This document shows positions 9,673 through 20,223 of a DNA stretch of 64,000 bases, one piece after another. Under the pieces are notes generated by a model. That model was given only the letters and a program-made list of their open reading frames with translations. It had not been told where the DNA came from and made no database searches. Source of the DNA: Candidatus Xenobia bacterium (GTDB lineage: Bacteria; Vulcanimicrobiota; Xenobia; Xenobiales; QWHO01); the NCBI GenBank assembly GCA_045863235.1, contig BTUM01000010.1:1-64000 (forward strand). The letters are read 5' to 3'. The first letter of the stretch is position 1, and every line of letters starts with the position of its first letter. Position numbers and translations under genes: made by a program.

Positions 9673-9902
9673 CAGTTCGGGCTGAACAGGTCCCAAACCC
9701 GGGCCAGCTCTTCCTCGAGGCCGAGCACCTGGCTGTCCAGGCTCAGCTCGACCGAGTCCTCGCAGGTGGAGGAGTAGGCCGGGCGACGCCGCCGACCCTG
9801 ACGCTGCTGGGAGTAGCCATCCAGCACCGGCACCATCACCGCGTGGCGGAGCGGCTCGTAGGTCCAATTGGTCTCGGTCTGCATCGTCGGCGGTATCAGC
9901 AT
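9672..9902 (-). CDS. Small hypothetical protein
   Basis: 76 aa; GGAGG upstream; stop overlaps the next start. Confidence 0.6.
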   Translation of the reverse strand: MLIPPTMQTETNWTYEPLRHAVMVPVLDGYSQQRQGRRRRPAYSSTCEDSVELSLDSQVLGLEEELARVWDLFSPN

Positions 9903-9958
9903 GTTCAGTTCCCTCCCGAGCTCAATCTACCGCGGGGGGATGAAAGAAAGCTGACAGG

Positions 9959-10237
9959 CTAATTGCGCAAGAGAATTGTCTCCCTCAGGGGATGGCGCCC
10001 CTCGCCGAACTCCTGAATCACGATCTCGCTGGCCTCTTCTTTCGTCACCACCTGGCCTGAGGCGTCCCGGGGGATCATGAGCACGCGCACGATCGGCACC
10101 ACCTCGTCGGCGTCCTCGCACGGATCCACCGCTTTGCCGCCCTTGCGATAGACGGCCTGCTGTTCGGCGGCAAGCTCGCTGACGGGTACCTCCTGCACCT
10201 GGTCCGACCCGGCGATCTCAAAGCGAATCGTGCGCAT
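9959..10237 (-). CDS. Small acidic hypothetical protein, possible partner or inhibitor of the upstream zincin
   Basis: 92 aa, translationally coupled (TGATG) to 10237-11175. Confidence 0.7.
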   Translation of the reverse strand: MRTIRFEIAGSDQVQEVPVSELAAEQQAVYRKGGKAVDPCEDADEVVPIVRVLMIPRDASGQVVTKEEASEIVIQEFGEGRHPLRETILLRN

Positions 10238-11175
10238 CAGACCTTCTGCCTCCCTGAGAAGATGTCGGCCAGAATCTTGGCCCGGTTGGGGTAGGTCGCG
10301 TGGAATTTGGCCAGGGCCTCCTTGCCCTGAAGATAGACTTTGACATACTCCTGGAAAGCCTCGGCAAAGTCCTCCGCGGGAGAGCTCTCGGAATACTGGC
10401 GTTCCTTGCCATCGGCCCCGACCACAGGTTGCCCCCCATCGACCGCCTTCCCATCCGCCTTCATGGCCTTCTCCCAGCCGTCGGGGTAGCGCTGGCTGTC
10501 AAAGCGCCGGGGCAAGAGGCGCTCGAGCCAGGTGTCCTGATTCTCCTCCACCTGCTGTCCGACCAGGTGGCCGAACTCGTGCACGAAAGCGTGGGCGACC
10601 GTCGAGCGGCCCTGATGCTTCGCCCCGTTGTAAAAAGTCATCACTCCGTCGCCAGCCGAGGCAGCGCTGGAGAAACCGGGAATGCCATAACGCTTTTCCC
10701 ATTCCTTGTCAGCCGGGTTGGGGCCATCGGTGATGCGGACTTCCTTGAGAACGTGGCGCATGTGCTGGGGAATCTTGACATACTCTTGCAAGAGCTCGCG
10801 GGCGAACTGCTCGGCCTGCCCGTCGAGCGAGGCGGACAAGGTCATGCGGAACTTGTCCGAGCCGACCTCGACGTCGTAGGAGCCCACCCCCAGCCTGCGC
10901 ATCCGGGCCCTGACCCGGGAGGCGCCCTGGACGACCTCGATCTCCACCACGTCTTTCTGGGTGGCAGGCTCAGCCGCGCCCTGAGCTCCCAGCCCACCCA
11001 GGCCGCGTATCTTCTCCACATCGCCCAGGACCTGATTGTTGTAAGCCTCCAGAGCACGGATCTGCTCCGAGCTCATGGCCTGGACCCGGCTCGGGTCGAT
11101 CGGCTCGATCCGGGTCGAGTTGAGCCGGCTGACGGGCGTGATCGGAAGGCCCGAATCGATTGGACGCAGTTCCAC
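10237..11175 (-). CDS. Putative zinc metallopeptidase (zincin/gluzincin-like)
   Basis: HEFGH motif plus downstream YSESSPAEDFAEAF; AGGAGG upstream. Confidence 0.75.
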   Translation of the reverse strand: MELRPIDSGLPITPVSRLNSTRIEPIDPSRVQAMSSEQIRALEAYNNQVLGDVEKIRGLGGLGAQGAAEPATQKDVVEIEVVQGASRVRARMRRLGVGSYDVEVGSDKFRMTLSASLDGQAEQFARELLQEYVKIPQHMRHVLKEVRITDGPNPADKEWEKRYGIPGFSSAASAGDGVMTFYNGAKHQGRSTVAHAFVHEFGHLVGQQVEENQDTWLERLLPRRFDSQRYPDGWEKAMKADGKAVDGGQPVVGADGKERQYSESSPAEDFAEAFQEYVKVYLQGKEALAKFHATYPNRAKILADIFSGRQKV

Positions 11176-11221
11176 CTGGCAATCCTCCTGACTGCTTCAT
11201 CACGGCACTTCGAGCTCGGGT

Positions 11222-14200
11222 CTATGGAGTCGGGCGAGGCTGGCGTTTCTTCAAAGTGACGCCGCTGAACATGATCTTGCCGTCTTTGTCGAGCAGGACC
11301 GTTGCGTTGTTGTCAGGCCGGATGTCCATCCTGGCCACCTCCTCGAGCTCCTCCAACCGCTTGTGCAAGGCCTCGCGGGTCACGCCTTTGGACTGCTCGG
11401 CCGAGTAGATGCCGGCCACGGTCTCGGCCGCCTCGGCGGGCGTGCGTCCGAACTCGGTCAGCTTGCGATGGATGCGCACCAGCGAGGAGAGACACTGGTG
11501 ACTGCTGACCTCGGTGCGGCCCACCATGTTGGACACGGTCTTGCGCAGCCAGCTGCGCTGGTCTTGCTCGTTGACCTCGAGCAAGCGGTCCAGGGCGGCG
11601 ATGCGCTCTTCGCGCTTGCTGCGCCCGATCGGCTCGTTGATGGTGGCCAGAATCTCCACCGCCTCCTCGGATCGGCAGCCCCCCTCGCGGACCTTCTGGT
11701 AGCGCCTGAGCAGGGTGGCGGGCGCTCCGTGCAGACGCTCCATCACTTTGAGGAAGCTCTGGCCCCGAACCGAGCCATCGGCCAGCGGCAACCAGGCTGT
11801 CAGTTTGTCGCTCTCTCGCTCGAGCCGGGTCAAGAGCTCCTGATTCACACCGGGGCTGGCCGGCAATCTCAGCGAGGAGACCAGGCTCTTGAGCACCACG
11901 GTCGAGGACTCCAGGCCACAGCCCAGCAAGAGCTGGCTGACCAGAACCCGGTTCAGGCCCAGCGCGCACTCCAGTGTGGACTTGCCCCAGCTCTCCAGAG
12001 CGCCGGTCGCCTTCAGGGCCTCCAGGCGCTGCTCGGCGTTGGCGCTGCCCCCCACCTTGAGCAGTTGCTCGGCCAGCTGGCCGGCCTCGGGGGGAGGGGC
12101 CCCCAGATCCAGCAACTGGCCGAAGAGCCCGGAGCGTCCGGCGGGACCGGAATCGGAGTAGTCCAGCGCCTCCTGCACGACCTCCAGGGGTGCTTTGCGG
12201 ACGGCCAGGGTGCCGGCCAGGCCGACCAGACGGTCCACCGCCTCGGGCCCCTGCAGGTTGACGCTGGCCTGCAGGCGCTCGGCTACCGCGGGGCTCAATT
12301 CGCGCCCGTAGCCAGCCAGGGCCAGGAGAGCGGGCTCGTGGCCGGGGCCGAAAGCCTTCAGGCTCTGAAGCACGACGCCTGTGGGCAGCCCGGACTTCAG
12401 CAGGCGCTGAAGACTCTGGCGTCGCTCCCCGTCAAGACCCGGATACTCCCCGAGCACGGCCAGCTTGTTGGCCTCGCCCAGCGACCGGATGATCCCGAGC
12501 AAACTGCTCAGCTCGGCGGTGGCCTCGGCCAGGGGCCGACCCGCCGCCACCTCGCCTTGAAGCACGTCCAGACTGCGCTCTTTCACAGCCGGCTCGTGCT
12601 GCTTGAGCAGGCCCAGATCGACGTAGGCCTGGCGGCGCTCCTCCAGACCGTGGCGCTGCAGGCGCTCGAGGATGCGGTCGCACAGCTCGGGGTCCTTGTG
12701 CTGAGCGAGCAGCTCGCGATAGACCTCGCGGGGGCGGGGCTGATCGGCCAGCCGCTCGAGCGATCTCCAGGCGAGGGCCTGACCCTGGCGCTTCAGGCCC
12801 GCGCGAGCGTCCGTCAGCTCATTGACGGCCAGCTCGGGAGGGATCCCCTGCTTGAGCAGAGCTTGCAGGGCACTGACCAGGCTCTGACGGTCGGCTGGCT
12901 CGAGCAGGGGGCGAGTCCTGTCGTCGTGGTAGCTATACTCGGTCTCGAAGGCCTGCAACTGATCCAGGCAGGCCAGCCGGGCGTCCTGCTCGCCCGGTCC
13001 GGGACGCAAGGCCTGCTCGAGCGAGATGGCCTCGGCCGCGCGGATGACGGGCTTCTCGAGCAGCTTGCAGAAGACATGGCAGCTGGTAGCGTTCTCGCAG
13101 AGCTCGGCGCTCCAGTGGGCGGTAGCCGCCTCGACCTCGGCCAGGGAAAGCCCCTGACCACCGGCAGTCTCGGCCAACCGGCCCAGCGTGGCGATGGCCA
13201 GGGTGCGGTCGGCTCCGCTCTTGAGTTTCTGGTCCAGAGCCCGGTGCAGGTGCTCGGCCACCTGCGGGGTCAGCTTCGAACCGGCCCGACCGAGCCCGCG
13301 CAGGGCCTCGAGCTGGGCCAGATCTCCCTGCTCGCGAGCCCGCTCGAGGCTCTGGCTGGCCACTTTGGGCAGAACGCGGTGGCGCAGCTGATCCTGAAAT
13401 GCGTCCCGGGCTTCGCTCTGAGCGGCCAGGGAAGCGGCAAAGTCGAAGGCGTGGACGAGCTGATCGCCCGACGACCACTTGGTCGACTCGTGGAAGCCCT
13501 TCACCAGTGCCACGGCTCCCGCCAGGTCGCGGCCCTGCTCCACCTCGGCGCGCAGCATCGTCAGCATAGCTCGCTGCACCTCTTGCGAGCCGGACAGCCT
13601 GCGCAGCTCGCTCAGGGTGCCTACCCGCTCGGTCAAACTGGTCGCCCCGAGTGGCAGCCGCACCAGGTCCCACAGAGAGAACAGCACCCCCTTGTCGACC
13701 CGACCATCGGCCAGGTCGAGAAAGAGCTTGCGCTCCTCGTCGGGCCGGCCGGCCACCTGGGTGGCAAAGTCCTGATAGATGGCCCCGTAGTCGCTGCTCT
13801 GCAGGCGAGCGAGTCGCTTGGTGACCTCCCCGGCCTCGACCAGGGGCACGCCCGCGCGCAGCTGGGCGGCCAGGGTCTCGTAGAGGCCGAGCTGAAGCTT
13901 GCCGCTGAACCCCCTCGTGTAGGAGTAGCCCTGTGGATCCTCCCGCTCCAGGCCTCCGGCCGCCTGAAAGGATGCCAGCCGCTCGGCCGGGGTGGTCGAG
14001 CCGGCCGGTCGGGCCACGGCCTCGAACAGGTCACTCAGGTCGCGCTCGCTCACCCTGGCCTCGAGCAGACCGGCCAGCAACTCCCCCAGGGCCGGATCGC
14101 CCACCGCCCTTGCGGCGAAGAGCTCGGCCGCCGTCTGGGTCAGCCTGCCCGCTCGACCCATCCTCTGGCTGAGGTGAGAAAGGCTGGCCAGCTTCTCGCT

Positions 14201-16684
14201 CGAGCCGTCCTCGACAGCGCCCGCGAGCAGCTCGACTGCTGGTAGGGGAAGCTCGCGAGCCTTCCCCAGGCCGGCCAGGGCAGCCCGGGCCCCGGCCAGG
14301 CCGTTCTTGCCGGCCAGTCGGTCGACCGCCGCCACGGCCGGCTTCTCGGCCAGGCCGTCCTTGATGAGCCCCACCAGCAGCTCCTGTGCGGCCCGATCGC
14401 CGGCGTGGCGGCCGAGAGCTTCGGCTGCCTCTCCCGAGCCGCGCGGCAGGGTCTTGAAGAAGGTCACTGCCTCGGCGAAGGAGGTGCCCGCGTCCACCTC
14501 CCGGCCCAACGCGGCTATCAAGGCGCAGGAGTGGGCGGGAGACGCTTCCTCCAGGTTCAGGTCGCGGAAGGCCTGCAGGCGCTCCTCCCGGGTGGTGGTG
14601 CCGATGGGCTGATCCAGGCGGTCGAGCACCCGGGTGGCCGTGGCCAGATCCTGGCGCTTTCCGAGCAGGTCCAGGACCAGCTTGCAGCCGGCCCGGTCGG
14701 GCCCCAGGCGCTGGCCGATCAGCTCCAGGCCGGCCGTCCACTGGCGGCTGGCCGAGCGCCACAGGCGGCCGACATCGGCCACCGCCTCCTCCGGGCTGGC
14801 CCCGTGGCTCACCAGAGCCCCCAGGGCCCGGGCCAGGGGGGCGCGGGCGCCGGCCACGTCGCCACTCTCGTCGTAGTAGCGGGAAGCTTCACACACATCC
14901 ACAAAGGCTTTGAGGCGCTGCGACAGGGGCAGCTCACACGACCACCCCTCCAGGGCCTCCAACACCTCGCCCGCCTCGGATACGGGGATGCGGCGCTTCA
15001 GCAGCGCCTGCATGGCTTCGGTGGAGGCCGCTCGCCCGCCCAGGTGGGCGCAGGCATACTTTCCCAGGGCGGCAAGGTCGGATTCAGGCCGCGTGGGCGC
15101 GGCCTCGATCAGGCTCTTGAGGGCGGGTAGCTCCTGCTCGCCGTGGCGCTCGAGCGCCTCCAGGAAGGCCTGGCCGTTGTTGGCGTTGGCTCGCGAGCCC
15201 AGCTTCTCGAGAAGCTGCAAGCCGCACTCGGAAGAGGTCAGCGCCACCAGTTGGCCCACCTGCTGGCCGGGAGCCCCGGACTGCAGCAAGCGACACAGGT
15301 CCAGCAGGCGGTCGGGGTGAGCGGCCCAGGCGTCGCAGGCATCGCGCGGATCCTGGCGTGATTTGAGGGCGCCCAGCAACTGGCTCAGACCCTGGAATGC
15401 CTCTGGAGTGGAGCCGTTTTGCTCGATCGCCCGCCGAGCCGCCTCCCAGGCCATCGTGCCCGAGCGGCGCAGGGGCTCGAAGGCCTGGCTGCGCTCGGCG
15501 AAGGTGCTCTGGCCCAGCGGCTCGGCCAGGAACTGGACATACTTCGCGAGCTGGGGAGCCTCCATCCGGTCAACATGCTGGCGATAGAGCGCCAGGTGCT
15601 CCACCGGCTGGCCGGCCAGGGTCGCCAGTTGCTCGAGCCCGTCCACGGGAGTGCGGTCGTAAGCTTGCAGGGCGATGTCGCGCACCGAGCCCACCAGCTC
15701 GCGAGCCTCATCGGGGGGGCAACCCTTCTCGACCAGGGCGTCGTAGGCGCTGCAGGCAGCGTTCTGCAGCCGCTCCGCACGCGAGGAGTTGCCCAGGTGC
15801 TGGATGCGCCCCAGAAAGGCCAGCCGATCAGCCAGCTCGCCCGACTTGACCCGCTCGGAGACGCTGGTCATCCGGGCGATCCGCTCATCCGGCGTGCTCC
15901 CGCCGGTGTTCTCGAAGGCGACCGCCAGCGCTTTGAAGTCACGAGCCTCCAGGCGCTGCATCTCCTGGCTGACGCGCCGGTTGTCCTTGGGAAAGAGCCC
16001 GCTGTAGTGCTTCAGGGCGACCAGTGGCTCGCTCTTGAGCTGCTCGGCCCGGGCCAGGGCTTGCTCGAGCTCCGGGCGTGGCCCTTCACGCTCGCAGAAG
16101 CCAAGCAGAAGCTCACCCTGGCGCACTTCCACCACCTGCCCCTGTCCCGCAAGCTGGTAGGCCAGGTAGCCCTCGATCGGGAAGCCGTCCACGGTAAAGC
16201 GCAGGCCCCGCTCCTGCAATGCCTTGAGCTGACCGGCCAGGCCCGGAGCCTGGCCTTTGCCGTGCAGGGCCTCGAGCGCCTGCACCTGCTCAGCGCCCTG
16301 AACCGGCACCGGATCCTGGTCAGGCTTGAGCTTCACTTTCAACCGACCATCGTCGGTATGGCGAGCGGCCTTCTCGGCCGTGATCTCGGTGGTGCGGGCC
16401 ATGAACGGAAGGCGCCACTTGCGCTCGAGCACCCAGGTCACGGGTAGCTCGCCCAGCCGCTGGGCCAGGGGGAGCATCAACGGCCCGCCCGCCGCCGCCA
16501 GGGTGGCGCCCACGGCGACCGAGCTGTTGGCGCTGCCCCTCGCAGGCGGAGCACCTGCACTGATCTGAAGGGACTCCTCGGGCTCGCTGACGGGGGAATC
16601 GGCCGGCCGCAGCGGGGCCGAGGCCTGGGGGAGCGAGGACAGGAAGCTGGTCGGGCGGATCATCCGTGCTGGCAGGAATTCCAT
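11222..16684 (-). CDS. Giant alpha-helical repeat protein (about 1820 aa)
   Basis: Long ORF with a recurrent P(I/L)GxTTxxERLxAF motif; C-terminal KIMFSGVTLKKR. Confidence 0.85.
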   Translation of the reverse strand: MEFLPARMIRPTSFLSSLPQASAPLRPADSPVSEPEESLQISAGAPPARGSANSSVAVGATLAAAGGPLMLPLAQRLGELPVTWVLERKWRLPFMARTTEITAEKAARHTDDGRLKVKLKPDQDPVPVQGAEQVQALEALHGKGQAPGLAGQLKALQERGLRFTVDGFPIEGYLAYQLAGQGQVVEVRQGELLLGFCEREGPRPELEQALARAEQLKSEPLVALKHYSGLFPKDNRRVSQEMQRLEARDFKALAVAFENTGGSTPDERIARMTSVSERVKSGELADRLAFLGRIQHLGNSSRAERLQNAACSAYDALVEKGCPPDEARELVGSVRDIALQAYDRTPVDGLEQLATLAGQPVEHLALYRQHVDRMEAPQLAKYVQFLAEPLGQSTFAERSQAFEPLRRSGTMAWEAARRAIEQNGSTPEAFQGLSQLLGALKSRQDPRDACDAWAAHPDRLLDLCRLLQSGAPGQQVGQLVALTSSECGLQLLEKLGSRANANNGQAFLEALERHGEQELPALKSLIEAAPTRPESDLAALGKYACAHLGGRAASTEAMQALLKRRIPVSEAGEVLEALEGWSCELPLSQRLKAFVDVCEASRYYDESGDVAGARAPLARALGALVSHGASPEEAVADVGRLWRSASRQWTAGLELIGQRLGPDRAGCKLVLDLLGKRQDLATATRVLDRLDQPIGTTTREERLQAFRDLNLEEASPAHSCALIAALGREVDAGTSFAEAVTFFKTLPRGSGEAAEALGRHAGDRAAQELLVGLIKDGLAEKPAVAAVDRLAGKNGLAGARAALAGLGKARELPLPAVELLAGAVEDGSSEKLASLSHLSQRMGRAGRLTQTAAELFAARAVGDPALGELLAGLLEARVSERDLSDLFEAVARPAGSTTPAERLASFQAAGGLEREDPQGYSYTRGFSGKLQLGLYETLAAQLRAGVPLVEAGEVTKRLARLQSSDYGAIYQDFATQVAGRPDEERKLFLDLADGRVDKGVLFSLWDLVRLPLGATSLTERVGTLSELRRLSGSQEVQRAMLTMLRAEVEQGRDLAGAVALVKGFHESTKWSSGDQLVHAFDFAASLAAQSEARDAFQDQLRHRVLPKVASQSLERAREQGDLAQLEALRGLGRAGSKLTPQVAEHLHRALDQKLKSGADRTLAIATLGRLAETAGGQGLSLAEVEAATAHWSAELCENATSCHVFCKLLEKPVIRAAEAISLEQALRPGPGEQDARLACLDQLQAFETEYSYHDDRTRPLLEPADRQSLVSALQALLKQGIPPELAVNELTDARAGLKRQGQALAWRSLERLADQPRPREVYRELLAQHKDPELCDRILERLQRHGLEERRQAYVDLGLLKQHEPAVKERSLDVLQGEVAAGRPLAEATAELSSLLGIIRSLGEANKLAVLGEYPGLDGERRQSLQRLLKSGLPTGVVLQSLKAFGPGHEPALLALAGYGRELSPAVAERLQASVNLQGPEAVDRLVGLAGTLAVRKAPLEVVQEALDYSDSGPAGRSGLFGQLLDLGAPPPEAGQLAEQLLKVGGSANAEQRLEALKATGALESWGKSTLECALGLNRVLVSQLLLGCGLESSTVVLKSLVSSLRLPASPGVNQELLTRLERESDKLTAWLPLADGSVRGQSFLKVMERLHGAPATLLRRYQKVREGGCRSEEAVEILATINEPIGRSKREERIAALDRLLEVNEQDQRSWLRKTVSNMVGRTEVSSHQCLSSLVRIHRKLTEFGRTPAEAAETVAGIYSAEQSKGVTREALHKRLEELEEVARMDIRPDNNATVLLDKDGKIMFSGVTLKKRQPRPTP

Positions 16685-16695
16685 TCAGGCAATCC

Positions 16696-17802
16696 TCAGC
16701 CCTCTCGCTTGCGCAGGCTGACCGCCCCGAGCTGCACCAGCTCAGGGGACTCGCGCACAGTGGCACCGTCCGGCTGCATGCTCTCACCCAGACGTCTGGC
16801 TTCCCAGCGCAGCGGATCGCGCACGAACTCGGCGCAGGCGGCCTGATCGTCCAGGCCGCGGAGCTGAGCCAGCTTGTCGGGAGAACCGGCAACGAGCAAC
16901 ACCAAAACAGCCGTGGAGCGCTCCACGCCACGTTTGACCAGAGCTTCCACCCGCCCGCAGGCATCCAGGACCCCGGCCGGCCAGGGGCGCTCGATCAGCG
17001 GGCTGTAGCAGGCCGTGGCCTGCTCGAGGTCCTCGCCCTGACGCAAGCCGCCGCGCACCACCTCCAGGGCCCGCCGGGTCATCAGGGCGTTCTCTGAGCC
17101 CAGCAGATTGCGCAGAGCCCGAGCCTCCTCGGGAATCAGGGGCTGGCGAAAGTCCTCTCGGTTCTGGAACGAATGCTTGCCGGCAGCCAGATAGAAGGAG
17201 GCGCTGGTGGAGAAGAAATCCTGAGCCAGCTGCACGCGCTGACCCGACTCGAGCTCGACGATCTCGGCTTGGAAGGAGGCCCCGTCCTCGGTCTGGCTGG
17301 CCCGCAGGCAAAACCGGCCGTCCTCGAGCCGGGGGCTCTGATCGTGCTCGCGCCAGGCGGTCCAGGCCTGGTGAGCAACTCGCGCCGCCAGCTCGTGCTG
17401 GCCGGCAGCCAGGGCCTTCAGATCAGCCGACTGAAAGGGCAACTCGCTCGAGGTTCGGGCAGGGACGCTCTGACCCAGCAACCAGGTCAGCCAGGGCCGC
17501 CAGGGGGCCCGGTCGTGGCCGGAGGACGAGCCTCCCCAGCCGCGCCGGTCGTGGGTGCCGTAGTGGCGCACCGACTCGCGCTCGAAGTGATGCTGCGAGA
17601 GCAGCAAGCGAGCTCCGTCCGGACGCTCGATCTCCAGGCGCAGCATGTTGCCGTCGCTCGAGCGAGCGGCCTTGATGGTGGCATCGGGCTGGCTGAGCAA
17701 GACCGAGTCGGCCCCGGCCTGGTCGAGCTCGGAGCGCACCGAGGCCAGCAGACGCTTCTCGTCGCGCCGGCTCAGAAAATGGCCCAGAGCAGGGATCTCC
17801 AT
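16696..17802 (-). CDS. Hypothetical protein with a VQLGAVSLRKR tail
   Basis: ATG 17802 with GGAG upstream; stop lies just upstream of the giant gene. Confidence 0.75.
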   Translation of the reverse strand: MEIPALGHFLSRRDEKRLLASVRSELDQAGADSVLLSQPDATIKAARSSDGNMLRLEIERPDGARLLLSQHHFERESVRHYGTHDRRGWGGSSSGHDRAPWRPWLTWLLGQSVPARTSSELPFQSADLKALAAGQHELAARVAHQAWTAWREHDQSPRLEDGRFCLRASQTEDGASFQAEIVELESGQRVQLAQDFFSTSASFYLAAGKHSFQNREDFRQPLIPEEARALRNLLGSENALMTRRALEVVRGGLRQGEDLEQATACYSPLIERPWPAGVLDACGRVEALVKRGVERSTAVLVLLVAGSPDKLAQLRGLDDQAACAEFVRDPLRWEARRLGESMQPDGATVRESPELVQLGAVSLRKREG

Positions 17803-18019
17803 GCTCTCCAGCCTACCTGGGCGGGCTGAAAAATCGTTACAAATTCCGAAGGTTGCGCCCACAGAAGGGCCGGATGCATTGATTTCGCCCCTCTTGTGAG
17901 CGAGGTACACCGGCATCCTTCCCTGGTCATTGTGCGCGCCTTCCACGACCTTGCTCAGGCGAAGAGCTCTCCAGCAGGTGGAGCTCACGATCTATGGCCC
18001 GCGCAAGTCTCGGGCCTCC

Positions 18020-18160
18020 GCTGACGTATTCCTGCAAGAGTTCGCGGGCCAACTGCTCGGCCTGACCGTCGAGCGAGGCGGTCAAGGTCGATTGGCTCGA
18101 TCCGGCTCGAGCCGGAAGGGCTCACAGGCGTGATCGGAAGGAATCGATTGGACGTGGCTA
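18020..18160 (-). pseudogene. Internally deleted paralogous fragment of the zincin gene 10237-11175
   Basis: 18027-18090 matches 10781-10843; 18094-18153 matches 11102-11166 (LPITPVS...RIEPID). Confidence 0.8.
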
Positions 18161-18239
18161 CCTTCCGGCAACGGTTTCCAGCGGTCGTCCGGCCTCGGCG
18201 GCGAGTCGGCGCTGGTCCTGGGCGACGTGAAACGCCCCC

Positions 18240-18758
18240 CTGACAGGTAGACTGCCCGCATCTTGGGCATTGCCTCGGCGCCCGGGATCGACTAGCGCAT
18301 TCCCGAGCGTTCCATCCTGTCTTTGATGAGATTCTTGCACACTCCCTCAACTGCCCCGCTGGCGGTCGGGAGGCCCTCGGCGAGAGACTCGTGGTAGTGC
18401 ATGTACGGTCGGTTACGATAGAGGTAGGCCGTGACTCGTCGATGACTTTGCGGCGGGCGCCAGTGAAGTCGCGCTTGGTGGCGCTCTGGCGAAGGGTGCG
18501 AACCAAGTCGCTGACTTGGCCACGCAGGATCCGGAGAACTCTTGCTTTAACCCACTCCGCGGCCTCGGGGCTGCCCTCAGCGTGGAACAGGTAAGCGGCT
18601 TTCCATAGCTTCTCGAGAACATGGAACAGGCACGAGCCAGGTCCCTCCAGGTCCCTCTCGACGACGTCCTGGCCTACTTCGTCGGACGAATCGTGGATCA
18701 AACCAGGTAGTTTCTTTCAGCAGGATTACCCCCCCCTTGCTTCGAAAGGAACCCACTC
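18240..18758 (-). mobile_element. ISKra4-like transposase remnant (frameshifted, internal stop)
   Basis: FHVLEKLWKAA; in another frame GLPTASGAVEGVCKNLIKDRMERSGMR*SIPGAEAM..MRAVYLSG; possible end GAGTGGGTTCCTTTCG at 18758. Confidence 0.75.
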
Positions 18759-18761
18759 TAA

Positions 18762-20223
18762 GTGGGCCCCGTCAGAAGTTCGCTCATGAAATTCTTGGCT
18801 AGACAGAAGGAAATTCAAGTAAAAGCTCGTACAACGCGATGAGAACTGTTTCTGGAGGTCGTTTGTGCGAGGCAGAAAACCATCACTCGAGATCAACCTG
18901 AGTTCCGATGAGCAAGAAGCTCTACTGGAGCGTGCCAAGCAACGCACTGCTCCCTACTGCGAGGTGGTGCGTGCGAAGGCTATCTTGATGGCCGCCCAGG
19001 GCCGAAGGAATGTTGAGATAGCGCAAGTTGTCGATACCGACGAGCGCACCGTTTCGGTCTGGCGCAGTGAGTTTCTGGATCGAAGACTCGAGAGCCTGAA
19101 TGACCGGCCACGATCCGGTAGGCCCAAGTCTTTTTCCCCCTCTCCAGACAGCAGCCGCCATCAAGCTTGCCTGCCAAGTCCCGGATAGCCACATTCCTTT
19201 ATCGGATCTGCCAGGGCTCCAGGACGGCGAGCGGCCATTCTTGGAATGCCCAGTCCCCAGTCCAGAGTCAAGCCTCCGCAGGCTCCTGTTCTGGGATTTC
19301 CAACTGGGCTGGTGCTTGAAGGTGCCGATCAGCCGCTTCAGTGCTGGGCTGGTGGCCGCGCTGCTGGCTATCATCGGTCTGGCTATGGTCTCTGCCCGGA
19401 CCGTAGCCCGCTGGTTCAAGGCGGACAAGCTGAAGCCGTGGCGGTTTCGAAGCTGGGTGACCCCGGTCGACCTTGCCAAGTTCCTGCCCAAGGCCGAGGC
19501 CATTCTAGACATCTACGAGAGAATCCCAGACTTGGCCGAAGACGAAGTTATTCTCTCCGTGGATGAGAAGACATCGATTCAGGCACGAAAACGCGATTCC
19601 TACCGACCCGCGGGGGCCGGCGAGCCGGCTCATGTCGAACACACCTACAAGCGTTGTGGATTCGTCCATCTCTTTGCCGCGCTCAATGTAGCCACGGGCA
19701 AGGTTTTCGGTCAGGTTACCCAGACCAAGACCTTCTCTACATTCTCCCAGTTCATCACCGTCCTGATCAAGGGTGCCGCGGCCTGCGGGCACAAGACCAT
19801 CCACCTGATTCTGGACAACGGCTCCACCCATCGCCCGAAGTATTTTGAGACCTGGATCTCCGAGCAAGACTGGCTCGGTGGACTGAGCGTCATCGTTCAC
19901 TGGCTGCCGGTCCGCTCGTCCTGGCTCAATCAAGTCGAGATTTTCTTCAGCGAATTGCAGCAACACGTCCTAACACCCAACGATACCAATGGTCCGGACC
20001 AACTCGGAGGCCGGATCATCGACTACATCGACTTTAGAAACGAAGATGCAAAGCCGTACAGGTGGACCTACACAAGCGCCGACCTGCGCCGCAAATACGG
20101 TGCCTCTCACGGGCCTGAAGCTGAACAAAGTCGGCCGGAAGTCGTGGCCACCCCATCGGCCAAGCCAGTACGGCCCCACCGGAAGGTCGCCTAATTCATG
20201 ATGGGATTTACGCCGAGGCCCAC
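18762..20223 (+). mobile_element. IS630-family insertion sequence
   Basis: Imperfect terminal inverted repeats GTGGGCC...GGCCCAC, with TAA on both flanks (18759-61, 20224-26); encodes HTH plus DDE. Confidence 0.85.
18865..20194 (+). CDS. IS630 transposase in two frames joined at T5C5
   Basis: HTH ORF 18865-19188 (DRPRSGRP); DDE ORF with SVDEKT, LDNGSTH, SSWLNQVE; TTTTTCCCCC at 19131-19140. Confidence 0.9.
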
